Source: Cyanophora paradoxa CCMP329 (Eukaryota; Plantae; Glaucophyta). From it: DNA of 64,000 nt. Each line of letters starts with the position of its first letter. The first letter of the stretch is position 1. Both the position numbers and the translations under genes were made by a program. Of this stretch, positions 47,114-60,821 are shown in pieces. The DNA lies in NCBI GenBank assembly GCA_004431415.1, contig QPMI01000173.1:62001-126000 (forward strand), read 5' to 3'. The notes under the pieces are model-generated. The model saw only the letters and a list, made by a program, of their open reading frames with translations, was not told where the DNA came from and searched no databases.

Positions 47114-50100
47114 ATGGAAGCGATGTTCACATTCGCCGCCCTCGCGCCGCGGGCAGGTCCGCCGAACGCCCATCCACGTGCGCGCCGTTTCTCACACTTC
47201 TCGCTCGCTCTCCGGCAGGCACAGCTAGCAGGCCTCCAAAGATGCTATGCGATGACGCGTGCATCGCTCAAGGCAGCCAACGCGCGTCGGTTCCGACGCC
47301 GCGCGCAGCAGCAGTCTCAGCACCCGAGAAGCAGTTCTTCGGGACAAGCGTGCGGACAGCATATGCATTGCAGCGGACGAGGCTCGGCTTCCCTCCACGT
47401 GCCGCCGCGGCGCACGCGTCCCCCGCCCCTCCGGCCGCGACAAACAAGAGCGACGCGAAGGTGGCTCGCCCCCGCCGCGCCGGCCGCGCACGCCGCGCCG
47501 GCCGGCCGCCGATTCGAGCGCGGCTGCAGGGCGGGAAGCGCGCTGCGTCGCAGGCGGCGAACTCCTCGTCGGGCGGCGGCGCGCCCTCCGAGAAGACCGT
47601 CACGGCATTCGTCTACCGCCTGAGCGACGCGGTCCGCGGCCGACCCGCAGCTCAGCCCCGCGCTGCGCCCCCCGTGCCGACCGGCGCGCGCGCCCCCGCA
47701 GTGCTCCGCGGGGCCCTCGAAAGAGCAGGCGAAGCGCTTCGGGCTCGTCCTGGCCGAAGCGAGAGAGCAGTCGATCGACCCGAGGCGCGCGCCGCGCCGC
47801 GCCGACCGCGCCGCGCGCTGAGCGCGCCGCGCCGCCGCAGCGCGCTGATTGCGCGGACGATGGGCCTCCTGAAGGGCGGCAACAAAGCGCGCGCCATGCG
47901 CGTCCTCGCCGCCCGCGCCGCTGAAGTCGAGGAGCCCCTCACCACCGCCGCGTACCAGTGCGCTGCCGCCCCGCGCCCCTCCGCCCCCGCCGGCCCGCCG
48001 CCGACGCGCGCCCCGCCTCGCCCCGCAGGCAGCTCGTGGAGGGGTACGCCGCCGGGCCGCTGCATCAAATGCGCCGCCGCGACACCCTGATGCCCGCCCG
48101 TCCGCTCCGCAGGGCCGTCCTGGGCAAGGACAGCAAGAGCGCCGCTCACTGGCTCGAGGCGTGCCCGTACCCCCCTTCGCCCCCGCCGCCCGCCCCGCCG
48201 CCGACGTATCCCCAGGAGCTCGCCTTTCGCGGCGGCTTGGTACCCCGCATCCCAACGGTGAACGCGGTCGTGGACCTCGTGCGCCCGTACCCCCCGGGCC
48301 CCTTCCCTCCCCAAAGCTCGCCGACGGGTCGCAGATGATGCGGCGGGGGGAGGCGGCGGCGGCGGCCGGCCTGCTCGAGCGGCTCTGGGACAAGGGCCTC
48401 AAGCGGCGCGCCCCGCCCCCGGCCGCCGCCGCCCCGCGCCCCGCCCGATCCCGCGCCGAGCCGAGGCGCCGCCGCGCAGGGACCCCTCGACCTTCGAGAC
48501 CATGGCGACCGCGTGCGCGCGCTCGCGCTCCCCGGCGCCCCCGTGCGCTCGTCGGAGTCTCACGCCGCTGCCGCGCCAGGTGCGTGGCGCGGGGCTGGCC
48601 GGAGGAGGCGCTGGCGTGCGCCCGCGAGATGATCGCCGCCTCGGCTGCCCTCGAGGCCCGCAACCCGAGGCGCGCCCCCGTGCGCGCCAACAAGGTCCGA
48701 GGGGCGCGGGGCGCGGGGCCACGGCTGCGGGGTGAGGAGGTGGCGGGGCGGGGGCGGCAGGTGCTGCGGCTGCTGGTGGGGGCGGGGGCCCGGAAGGAGG
48801 CGGCGGCCCTCTTCGCGGACATGCGCGCCCCCAGCTGCCACTTCAAGGCCCGCCCCGCCCCCCCGCCCGCCCCCTCCTCTCCGCCATCCTAGATGAGAGA
48901 GAGTGTGTGAAGGTGGCCGGGGCGGCCTTGGGGAAGGCTGGGCCTCGGCTCACCCCCGGGCAGCCGGACGCGGCGACGTACGACGCGATGGCGCGGGACG
49001 CCGTCGCCGCCCGCGAGTTCGGCACCGCCGTCGGCCACGCCGCCCAGGCCCGCCCCGCCCGCCCCGCCCGTTCCCACACGTCCCCATTCCCCGCCCTTCC
49101 CCCCCCCCTCTTTCCTCCCCCCCCCCCCCCCCCCCGCTCTTTTCGGCGCCGACGGGGCGGGCTCGCGCACGCTGCAGGCGCGGGCGGAGGGGATCGACTT
49201 CGGCGCCTTCCGCCTCAACGCCATCGTCAAGGCGCCCCTACCCCCTTCTTCTCCCCCCCCCCGCTGAGGGGCGGCGGGGGTGGCAGGAGCTGATCGCGGG
49301 GGGCGACCTGGAGGGGGCCGGCGCGCTCGTCTCCGCCATGGCCGCCTGGCCCGTGCGCCCCGCCCAGCCCCCCTGCCCGCCCCCCGAGGCCCTAGCCCCT
49401 CCCCGCCCGGCCCCACCCCCTCCCTCCCCCAGGAGGTCGGGACGACGGGGGTCACCTGGATCCAGTACATCAACGCCCTCGTCGTCGCCGGCAAGGTGCG
49501 GGGCGAGAGGGGCGGCACGCTTGCGCGGGGGACCCGCCCCGCCCGCCGGGGCCGTTGCGCCCCGTCTTCGGAGGGGGGAAGGGAGGGGGTGACGAGGGCC
49601 GGGGCCGGCTGGTGAGCGCGGCTGACGGGCGCTGCGGGGCGGGCAGCTGGAGGAGGCGGCCGAAGCCTTCGCCAAGGCCCGCCCCAAGGCGAGCCGCCCC
49701 CGCGCGCCCCCTCCCCGGCGCCCCCGCTCCGGCGCCTCACCCCGCCCCCCTCTTGCCCGGCAGCTGCTGGCGCCGTCGGACGCGGCGGAGCTCGCCTCCC
49801 TCTACAACATCGCCGTCAAGGCCCGTCTCCCCGCCCCCCGCCCTCCCACTCCCCGTGCCTCAGAGCAGCAACAAGAACACCCCGCCGCTTAGTCGACGAT
49901 CTAGGAGGAGGGGGGCCAACGGGGTCTGGCTCGTGACGGCCGCGTGGGCGGGCGCAGGGGGCGGCGGCGGGGCGGATGTTCAACCGGGTGCGGGGGCTGG
50001 TGGAGGAGATGCGGGGGGACGGGGTGCGCCCCGACGCGGCGACGTACGGCCTCTGGATGGACGCCCTCGTCGCCGAGGGCCGCCTCTCCGAGGTGCCCCC

Positions 50101-51915
50101 CGCCCCCCGCCCTCGTCCTCGCCGCCCTCGTCGTCCACCGCCGGCAGCGCCGCGCGGCACCACCGCGAGATCCCGCAGCGCCCCCTAGCCTCTCCTTGGG
50201 GCCCCAGGGTCTCTCATAGGGGACTGCGGAATCGGGGTGCCCCTCCCTTGGTGCGGCGCGGTCTCTGAGCGGGGGGCGCAGGCGATCAGCGTGTTCGACG
50301 AGGCGCGGCGGGCGCTGCCCGAGGGGACGCCCATGTCCGGCATCTGGAACATCGTCCTCAAGGGCTTCCTCGCCCTCGGCCAGGCCCGCCCCCCCGCCCC
50401 CCGTCCCCGAGCCGGCCCGAGGGGGCGCGCTCCGAGCGGGCGGGCGCAGGTGGACGACGGGCGGCGCTGGCTCGCGACGATGCGCGCCGAGGGCGTCGCC
50501 CCGACGGTGCCGGCCCCCGCCCGCCCCCGCCCCGCCCCAGCCGCCCCGCCCGGGGGCGAGCGGGCGCGCAGTGCGGTCGTTCGCGTCGGTGGCGGCGGCG
50601 CTGGCGGCGGCGGGGCGCGTCCCCGAGGCCCGCCTCGTCATCGACGTCCGCCGCCCCGCCCCCGCTGCCCCGCCCCGCCCCCAGCCGCCCCACTCCGCCC
50701 CGACCCCGCGCGCAGGAGGCGGCGGCGGCGGGGGCGGCGGACCGCCGGCTCTACGCCTCCTTCCTCACCGTGCGCCCGCCCCGCCCGCCCCGCCCGATGT
50801 CTTCAATAGCGAAAACGATCCCCTGCAACAAACCAACGCGCGCGTGCATACCGCTCGCGGTTCTGGTCCCGTCCATCGCCCGCTAGAGAAAGAACCCGAG
50901 CGCCTTTCCCGCCCCAACCCCCCCCCCCCCCCCCCCCCCCCCCCGCCTCGTCGCACGGCATGGATCGTCGCTCGGCTCGCTCGCCGACGCGGGCGGGCGC
51001 GCTGGCGCAGACGCTGGTGCGGGGCCGGAGCTTCGGGGCGGCGTGGGAGCTCCTCGAGGCCCTCGAGCGCCCCGACTCGGCCGTGGGGCCCGACGCGTGC
51101 GCCGGGGGGGCGGGCGGGCAGCGGGCGCCCTCCTCCGCTCCCCGGGCTCACGCGGGGCGGGGGCGGGGGCGGGGCAGGGGCATGTACCACACCATGCTCG
51201 TCTCCCTCTGCGCCGCCCGCCGCCTCAAGCCCGTGCGCCTCCAGCCCCCTCCACCCCCTCCCCTCCCCTCCCCCTCCCCCCCCCGCCCGCACCCATCCGC
51301 CTTGGGTGCGCTCTGAGCCCCTTGGTTTGCCTGCGGCAGGCGCGGGAGCTCTTCTACCGGGCGGCCGGCCGCGGCGTCCTCCTCGACCGCGCCTCCCACG
51401 CCGTCCGCCCCCGCCCCGCCCCGCCCCGCGAGCTCGAGGCCGCTCACGCGGAGACGTGCCTCGGCCGGCAGGCGCTCGCGCGGGCGCTGAGGAAGGCCGG
51501 CCAGGCGGACGAGGCCGCCGAGTGGGAGGCGCGCGAGGCTCCCCCTAGATCCCCCTCCCGCCATCCCGCGAGCACTGGCGCTCACCTGAGCGCCGCAGGA
51601 GCGCGCAAAGACGGCGCCGGAGCCGGAGCCGCGGGGTCGGCCTGGCGCCCGCGGCCGCCCCCAGCCGAGGCCCCAAGCGCAGGTGCGAGGCACCTCCCCG
51701 GCCCCGCGCCGGCCTGCCCTCTCGCCCCGCTCAGCGGCTTGCTCGCTTGCGCGGGCCCCGCAGGCCACGGGAGGAATCCGAAGGCGCCCCCGTCGCCCTC
51801 GTCTCCGAGGCCGCCCCGCGCCCGCCGGCCGTCGGCCTCGCCCGCGGTCCGCCCCCCGCCCCCCGCGCCGCCCTCCTCGCCGCTTCTTGCTGACGGGCGC
51901 GCCCCTCCTCCTTAG
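47114..51915 (+). CDS. Pentatricopeptide-repeat (PPR) protein, probably plastid-targeted; 3' end approximate
   Basis: Repeated PPR-like motifs: KPDAATYDAM, GVTWIQYINALVVAGKLEEA, LVEEMRGDGVRPDAATYGLWMDALVAEGRLSEA, IWNIVLKGFLALGQVDDG, MRAEGVAPTVRSFAS, MYHTMLVSLCAARRL. N-terminus MEAMFTFAALAPRA...KQFFGTSV is transit-peptide-like. Confidence 0.88.
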
Positions 51916-52620
51916 GCCCGGTCGCGGAAGAACAGCGGCCCGCGCCCCGCCGCCGCCGCCGCCGCCCCGAAGGCGTGATCGCACTCGCCGGCTCGACCCG
52001 TGGGCATGTTGTGAGCTGCATGTGTATCCACGGCCCCTCGAGCCCGCGGGCTCCCCATTGGACGTACCTGTCGAGAATTTCTTTTAGACGCAGTTGACCT
52101 CTCGTACTCCTCCAAGACACAGTCCCTAGACACCTTTCTTTTTCCTGAGTCCGGTCTCTATCGATGGTCGATGGTCCGGAATGATGCAGGCAGATGCATT
52201 CTCGCGCGTGATGCATTCCGGAGATCAGACGAAATATTTAGGGCCGCATGCAGCGTAGCTTCCGCCTTCACCAAGTCACCCCCGGGCGGCGAGAGCACGA
52301 GCTCCGAATTCGGAACTCCGGGATCCGCTAAAGACTAGACGTAGCGTAAGGAACTGGCCCTCACTATGCCTCCGGGGCTTCACAGGCCCCACCCCTCAGG
52401 TCCCCTTTTTAATTTGCACCTCGCGGGCACTGTCGAGGGCTCTCAGACTCCCGAGACTCTTGAGCTCATGTGCATCAAGACCTTACCCGCGCACTCAAAT
52501 ACCTCAGGGCCTCACGCTTCCCAGGGACATGAATTGCAATTGATATTTGAAGCGGGGCTTGACAGCGGCTGGCAGCGGGGCCCGGCTCGATCGGGGCAGC
52601 GCTTACGCCCTGGGTGCAGG

Positions 52621-55600
52621 CTAGTTGTGGTAGGCGGGCCCGTGGTAGGAGGCGGGGGCGCCGCAGGAGGGGCACTCGGCGAGGCGCGGGGGGCCGGGGC
52701 CGGGGCCGGCGAGGGCGCGGATGCAGGCGCGGCAGAGGTCGAGGCAGCCGCAGGGGAGGAAGAGGACCTCAGCGCACGCCCCGGGGCCGCAGCGCCCCGC
52801 GCACGCCGCCCCGGGGTCGCCCCGCGCCTCCTGCCGCGGCCGCACCTGCCGCCGCGTCAGGGACGAAGCATCGCCGGCCGTCAAGCGTCGAGAAACGTGT
52901 ACCCGCTGGAACGACGAGAAGGCATTCGTGCAGGCCCTGCGGGTGGGAGTTCGAAGCGGGGCCGGGGCCGGCGCTGCAGCCAGCGGAAGGGCGCGTGGCG
53001 GGGGCGTCGGGGCCGGCGGGCGCACGGGCAGGTCTTGCGGAGCGCGAGGAGGCCGGCCGCGCAGGACTCGCACACGGGCTCGCAGCCTGCCCGCCCCCGG
53101 GCCCCGGCGCCCTCAGCGAGGCAGGGGACGCGGGGCGGCGGGCGGGGCAGGTCGGGCGGGGCGGACGGCAGGGGAGGAGGCGGGCGTCGGCGGCGAGGGC
53201 GAGGCAGACGCAGCACTCGCCGATCCCGTACAGCGCCTCCTCCTCCACCCCCACGCCGCCGGCCCCGCCCCCGCCGCCGCCCCCGCCGGCCCCGAGCTCG
53301 ACGAGCCGCTGCCGGCCGGCGCCGCGGCGGGGGCCGGGGCGGCGGCGTGCGGGCGGCGAAGGGGTCGTAGCGGCGCGGGGCGGCGGGGGCCGGCGGGGCG
53401 GGGGCGGTCACGGCTCCTGCAGGCGGCGGGGCGGGCGGAGGCGCAGGGGCGCTGGGAGCGGCGGGGCCGAAGGCAGAGCGCGCGGGGCGAGGGGATTGTA
53501 CGCTCGGGACGGGCGATCCCGGGGGGCGGCTGGGGCGGGCTGGAGGGGGCGGGCGCGGGCCGGGGCGGTGCGGAAGGGGCGGCCGGGGGCTGCGGCGGCT
53601 GCGATGGCGAGGGCCTGCGACGGTGTCGGTCAATGGAGCGGGGGGAACATGGCCGCGAGGCGGCTTACACGGGCGCGGGATGTCCGGGATTGGGCGAGGG
53701 GAAGGCTGGTGGCCGATGCGCGTGCGCAGCGGCGCCGGCGGCGAAGGGTTGTAGGGTCGCGGGGCGGACCGGGGGCGGGGGCGGGGGCGGAGGGATGCGT
53801 CCGGCGCTGCGGACGCGTCCCGCGAGGCGGAGCCGAAGGCTGACGAGGACGCCGAGGGGAGAGGGGCCGCGGGGCCGCCCGCACCGCCCGGGGTGCCGGC
53901 AGAGGCGCGCGGGCGGGCGGACGGGCCTCCCGCGGGGCGGCCGGAGCCTCGCGGTCGCCCCTCGAGCCCGCGGCTGCCGTCGCCTGCGCCTGGCCACCGG
54001 GGCGGGCGCCGGCTGCTTCGCGATGCTGCGCCTGCTCCCGGCGACGGGGCGCCATCCCTCCCCGCCATCGGCCGCGCCTGCCGAGGCAGCCGCGGCCGCG
54101 GCTGCGGGGGCCGCCACCGACCCCCGCGGCAGCGCCGGCCCCTGTCCGCCGCCGTCTTCGTTGGAGTCGTCCTCCTCCTCGTCGGACTCGGAGGGGCCGC
54201 GCCCTGGCGCCGGCGCGCGGCCCGCGGCGGAGCCGGCGGCAGCCTGCGCGCGCAAATCGAAATGCTCAGCCGCAAGACTAGCGAGAGAGAAGGCGCCGAA
54301 AGTGCACCGGGGGCCGGTCGCGCTCGGCGGCCTTCTTCGTCTTCTTCCGGCCGCGGCGGGCCTTGACGGCAGAGGCGGCGGGCGCCGGCGCCGGCGCTGG
54401 GGCCTCGGGATCGATGGCGAGCTCGGCGAGGACGCGCTCGACGGCCGCGGGGCCGCCCTCCGCGCCCGACACCCGCCGCAGCCTCTCCTCCGCCCTGCGC
54501 CCGCGCGCGAGCGCCCCACGTCCGCATCAGACCAAGCACCGGCCCCGGCGCCGACCGCTCGAGCTCGCGATCGCGCACGCGGCCTTGGCGGCCGTGTCGA
54601 TGGCGTCGGGGAGGGCGGCGGCGCAGAGGTCGAGGGCGCGCTGGCACGCCCGGAGGCAGCGCTCCCGCTCCCCCAGCGCCTCCAGCACCCCTGCGCCCCG
54701 CCCCGGTGAGGAGAGAGAGCCCGAAGCGACCGCGCGGCCCCAAGAGAGGCGGAGGAGTCGCACGGGAGCGGAGGAGGATAATCGAGACGCCCCCGTACTG
54801 CGGGATCGGTCAGCGGGGCGCTTTTAAACTTTAAAGATCAGGCGCTGGCACGGCTGCGCGGCGCTCGGGGAGGGCGGACCAAGGGGAGGTACTCGTCGGC
54901 GAGGAGGGAGAGGGCGCTGCGCCACTCGCCGCGCTCGACGAGGCCCTCCGCGCGGGCGCGGGCCCGGTGCAGCTGCCGCGCGTGCTCCGCGGGGAAGACG
55001 TGCGCCGCAAGCTCCGCCACCACCTCCCCGGGCTCCCGCACCCGCGCCTCCGCGGGGAAAACGTTGTACGGCGCCCTCGACTCCTTGAGCAGCATGTTCT
55101 CAGCATCTTTGCGGGTCTTCTGCGTCGACAAGTCCATGTACAATGACATCCATCGCCTCTGCTCGAGCGAATAAGCCGCCTTCGAATTTCTCTGGGGCAA
55201 TTGGGACGTCGAATCATGAGCAGACCGCATTAACAAAATTACATATAGTATCGTCCGTGCGGTCGGGTGCGTGCAGTATGTATGCCTCCGCCGCTTTGCC
55301 CCACGCAAGAAGGTCTTGCGCCTGCTTGCAAAGATTGCGCCGCTCCGGAGGCACAAGGGACAACGAGGCGCATTTCATGGAAATGGTTGCCGAGAGCCCG
55401 TAAAGGCACTGCGTATACGGAATTGCATCAAATCCGAATCGAGATTCTGCAGTAACTTGCGGCTTCTGTACCTGAGCAAGGAAGACTTCGTCGGGCTCTG
55501 CTGTTGCCAGGCAAGCTGCCAGGCACTTGATCTGGGTATCCAGCTGTGATTTCTCATCGAAAGCTGAAATTGCATCGTGAACGCTAGCTGAATCGTTTTC

Positions 55601-58600
55601 GGGTGATCGCTGCATTCTAAAGCAGGCCAAACAAAGACTGCGCGTTTGTGCCACCTCAAAAAGGACATTTTTGAGGAAATGCTGCCGGAGTAGCTTGCAA
55701 TTGGAGACGCCAGCTGCAGCTGAGACTGACGCCTTCTCAAGCTCGACGCCTTGGCGATGAACGTTGTACAAAGCGGTAGCACGCATCACGTCGAACGCAT
55801 CACAATCGGTCGCAGAACCAGCGCCTTCGTTGAAGCCCTCGATGGTCCGAAGCAGAACGTGGTGAACGAGACGAGCGACCGGATGATGAGAATACACCGA
55901 CTCCATGAGGCGTCGGCACTGCTCCCGGAGCACGTCCCTGTGCTCAAGCAGGCGCGAATGCTGTTTACGCATAAGCACATCCAGCAGCCCAGTCGACCTT
56001 GGCGTAGCCAGATCTAGAGCCATGTAGGTGTTCCAGAGATGCGACTGCAGGTAGAGCCAGACGATGGCGACGTTGACCGCCGTCATGCTGTTGAATTCGA
56101 TGGGATAGGCACGAGTCGCTTCCTGCCAGGAAAGAAGGAATTATGCCCCAAACAGATGAGAAAGAGATGTGAGCATGTTAGAACGGACAAGGGTTCGCTC
56201 AAGTTTGTCCGTTTGCAAGAAGTTGCAGATGCTGAAGGAGGTGGATATCGCGTCCACCAGTCTCTCGAATCCCCGCGAGCACGTGGCAGGGCCCTCTGTC
56301 ACGAGGCGCAGGCCCTCCGCCCACTGAGCGTACGCCGAGCACAGGTGCCACCTCACAGAACGTGCTGACTCCAGATCGCCCTCGCTCATCGCGGCGAGCA
56401 GGTCCGGGTCGGCGAGTGGTGATGCAAACGCCCTCATTCTGCACCACCAGCCCGCAGAGGTGCTCTGCAAACGAAAGGACGTTGTCACATTACTTGTGTA
56501 TCAATACCGGCGAACACATAACTTGCCTTCACCGATGAAGTTGAAAGGCGCGCATCATGCGGAAAACGCATCCGTTTCTGCAGCTTTCTGGCTTCGCGCA
56601 GAAACTCGACGTAGCCAAGATGTGTCGCAAGCTTTTTGTCGACACGCGCCCGTTTAGCCCGACAGACGCTGGTGCATATGCTCTCGAACAATTCGCGGTG
56701 GATCGGGCAGGAAACGTGTTCCGTCAAGGTAGCCGCGGCTTTCCTGACGGCTTCGGCGACGTCCACGGGACATTTCGCGGTCTTCGAGACCGCCTCCGAA
56801 GCCAGCTGGACCCGCGTTGCGAGAGATGGCACGGGCTGCCACGGCAACCAGCTTTCGTCTTGATACGAAAAGGCACACTCGAGCTCCTTTTTCATTGCTT
56901 CCATTTCACCTGCACATCGAACAGCGAGCAGGGAGAAGAATCACCACGAGCTCGACGCTCGCGTGTGGAGTGCTCGCACTCTGGATCAAGGCTGCCCAGA
57001 AAGCGAGATGCTCATCTGCAAACAGACCGAAGTCCACGCCCGGCTCCCCATAAATGATATTCCTGGCCATGGGGCGCCAGCATGAGCTCACGAGATCTAG
57101 ACAGTCGAATGCAGTTTCGTATGCTAGAAACAAATGAGGGCGCTCACGTTCCGAGGAGCGCGCCTTGGAGCTCCTTCGCTGCTTGAATGCAGCCACATTC
57201 CTCGATCTTGATTTCGTGCTCAAGCTTTCGGACCACAGAGACTCGGCGAAAACGCCGAAAAAGTCTGCGATATATATCATGCATATGGCACCAACATACG
57301 AAGATTCCATGATACCGAGCGAAAGCTTAAGCCACTTACCGCTTGCGTATGCTGCTCCAGAATGCACGCGTGGATGCGGAAAGCTTCGTTCCAAAATATG
57401 GTTCCAAGTGGAGATTTCGTAGCGTTTCGATGCACACACCTCGACAATCCTCATTGAATCCCAGATTCTCCAGGCAGTCTGCGAATCAGACGTCGACGTC
57501 TCAGCATTACGATTCGGCAATTGCAAGGGATCCGGAATAAAATCACGTGCTATAGATTATATACGCATTCAAAATTAAAGATTGAGACGCAGGGGAAAAG
57601 CGAAAACAGTATAAGCGATCGCGAGCCATACAATCTTTATTGTTTTTGAGAGAATATGGTGCGGCGAACCCTAGCATAATCATAAGCAGGAAAGATCAGA
57701 TAATAAGATGCCGCGGGAAAGAAACGCACGGGAAAGCAGAACGCGCGAGCAGAGATCCATGCGTGCGGTGTCGGGGTGGTTCTTCACCTGCATGTACATA
57801 CACTCCACTTATTAGCCATTGAACGGTGTTGCGCAAAGGTGAACGCGTGACTACAAACCGCGCTCTCGAGAGTGGAGATGGTATCGCGTAAATTGCGCAC
57901 AGTTTGTTGATCACAGATTCCGATCATCAGGCTCCTCCGAGCTTGATCCTGCCCTTGACAATCAGCTCGCGACGCAGCCGACCCATTACCGATGAAGATC
58001 CAACAGATGTGTGAAAGCACCTTTGAGATTAAGTAGAAGCATTTACGATTGACCTCGTGATCGTGACCGGGGGGCGCCGGCTGTGCATTTGGCGCCAGCC
58101 CGGCCTGTGGCCGAACACATGGCATCATGTTTGGATAGAACTCGCCGAGGAAGATCTCCTGAGGTAAAGCATAAAGAGAGGGTGCAGGAGCATCGTGCAC
58201 GTGATCGCAAAGTTGCACACTTTGGTGGATCTTGGCGCCATCCAGATGAGGCTGCAGTATTCGGCCGAGTTCGCCAAGGATCCAAGGCCCAACGCGAAAG
58301 TGATCAGCCTGAGCATAGGAGAAGAAATTGACCGACTCTTCGCTAATTCGGCTGACTCAAATTCAAAGCGCCTCGCACGGTGACAGACCTGACGAACGTA
58401 GTAAGTCGCTAATTTGAATTAATTATGCAGAAGGACAATAGGAATCGACATTTGAGGGCGCACGGCAGCAAAGTATGGATCGTCGGCCTTTGACGTCGCG
58501 ATGTAAGCGCAGAGCAAGACGATAATGTCCTCGAGCTCGTCTAGCTTCAGCTTCACGTCGACGCTGATGGGGTGGGTTATGATGCGCAGAGCCGCAGCGT

Positions 58601-60788
58601 GCCGCCGGAGCAGGGGCGGAGCCGACGAATCCTTGAGCACGGATTCGAGCGAAGCTCCGATCGCGAAGGGTGCTGCTGGAATGAATGTTGCGTCCGATCC
58701 ACCTGCTCGCTTCGGCTCAGATCGCAACTTCGACTTCGATCTGTCAGCGAGAGCGTCCGCTATCGGGAACGGGTCCGACGTCGCCTCGACGTCGGCGGTG
58801 GCGATGAGGAAGTCGATGTGCGGGTCGACGTCCCGAGGGAAGAGGGCGGCCGCGAGGGACAGCAGGCGGCGGGTCCAGCGGAAGCTGAAGGGGAAGACGA
58901 CGTCGCGGCACAAGGAGAGGCGGAGGACGGCGAGGAGGGCGTCGCCGTCGCCGCTGCCCCCCTCCGTCCCCAGATAGCGAAGGAGCTGTGCCTGCGCACG
59001 CGCGAGCGAAATCAGCTCATCGCTTTCATGGTGTGACATCAACTTCAGGAGTCACTCGCCATAACATGCACGCGCAGAGCGGGATGGTACATGTTCGCGA
59101 GCTCGCGGCGGCAGCACAGGAACGAGGGGTCGGCGCGGAACGCATTCGCAATCTCTGCAGCCCCACGAGCGACCTTCCCCATCGACTGCGGCCCGTCGTC
59201 CGTGCACGTAGATTCCTCGATGGAACGAAGCCCACGAACGAAGTGGTTCATCGCGACAGCTGCCTGCTCGCGGTAGCTGCCGTAAAATGTGTTTCGAATT
59301 GACAGCATCGCTTGCTGCAGCTGTTCATCGAAATCTGGATTTGCTGGGTCCTCTATATCTTCCTCGAGAAGAGCACTAGAAAGTTGACCCGCGAGCGTCT
59401 AACGATCACGAATAAACACGAGATGAGCTATCGAAATTCTGAAGCGGGATAAATATAAAAATCTGCAAAACCGCACCTGCGACCGTTCACGAAGAGACTT
59501 CGAGCCATCCTGCTGGGGGCACACGATCCCGCACTGCATCGACCGGTAGGCTCGGCGCAGCCGCGGCGACTCGAGCCAGTGCTCTGCGGCCCTCGCCCGC
59601 GCCTTGCTCGCCGCAGCCGACAGCTCCGGCCCGACGTGCACGTTCAGCGAGCACGGAGGGGCGAGCGCCGCCTCCTCGGCGAGGAGCGAGCCCAGCCGGC
59701 GGAACTCTGCCGCGGGGACGCCGTGGCGCTCGGCGACGACGCCGCCGACGGCCCCAAAGACGCGAATGCGGTCGTGGAGCGGCGTCCTCGTCAGCGCGGG
59801 GACCGAGAGCTCGAGGGGGCACCAGCTGCCGGAGAGCCGCGACTGGACGCTGCAGCTGTCAATGCACTGGTCGGATGGATGGCACGTAGATCGAGATCCT
59901 CGCGATCGCTCCTTCAGAAGCTTGTTCACGCCGAGGAGTTCGCGACGGAAGGCATCTGATATGCCTGCGCGCGTTCAGAAAAAAACTATTAGGATTCGTG
60001 AAATTGGAATTCCGCAAAATTGTACGTCGTTATTGTAAAATACCAAAACCTAGACGAAACACCCCTGCTTGAAATAAAGAAAGGACGCTCACCGTCAAGG
60101 ATTGCGGCCCAGAGAAGTATGCAGGGGTCCTTGAAGTGCTGAGCCTTCCGAAAGAGTTTGAACGCATCGGCATCCTGCTCATCCGTGGTCTTGTCAAAGC
60201 TGCCGAAGGATAAAGCGAGCGATCAGTACTGGATGTTCGTCGGATATTGATGTTCGTCGGATATTGATTACTTAAAATCATAATCATTATTTAAATGATC
60301 AGCAATTCAATCAGCCGCCCGATTATGATTATGAATGCTCATGAATGCTTACCGCCCGAGGATCCAGTCCCGAAGATTGACTGCGCCGTCTTGCAATCGG
60401 CAGCTGCAGGAGCATTGCTCGCTTTCCAGAGCTTCGAAAGAATCGCGGCGCCAGCCGGCCTTGTGTTGCGCGCTCTTCCACCATGACCCGAATCCCATGC
60501 GCTGCCCTGCCTTCAGCAGAACGAGCAGTCCAGAATGCGCGGCTGATGCGATCTCTCCTCGCAGCTCGTGCTGCTCGGAAAGCCCCAGGCCGACGCCCGC
60601 TCCTGTATCCGCGTTGCCGCTGGGCGTCACGTGCACGCAGTCCTCCGGCCCCGTTCGCGGCTGCTGCAAAAGAACGCGTCAACGAAATTCAGAGAATAAG
60701 TCCCCGCGCCTGGCCATGGGGCGCCGTAGAGGAATGGGGCGAAAGGGGGAGGAAGGGGAAATCGAAGCGGGAAGAGGGGGGGGGGGGG

Positions 60789-60821
<33 letters not shown>

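Noticed and set aside
55214-59308. Abutting minus-strand ORFs suggesting an operon, frameshifting, stop read-through or a pseudogene
   Set aside because: The breaks checked coincide with short GC-AG introns (56465-56526, 58992-59059) that restore the frame.
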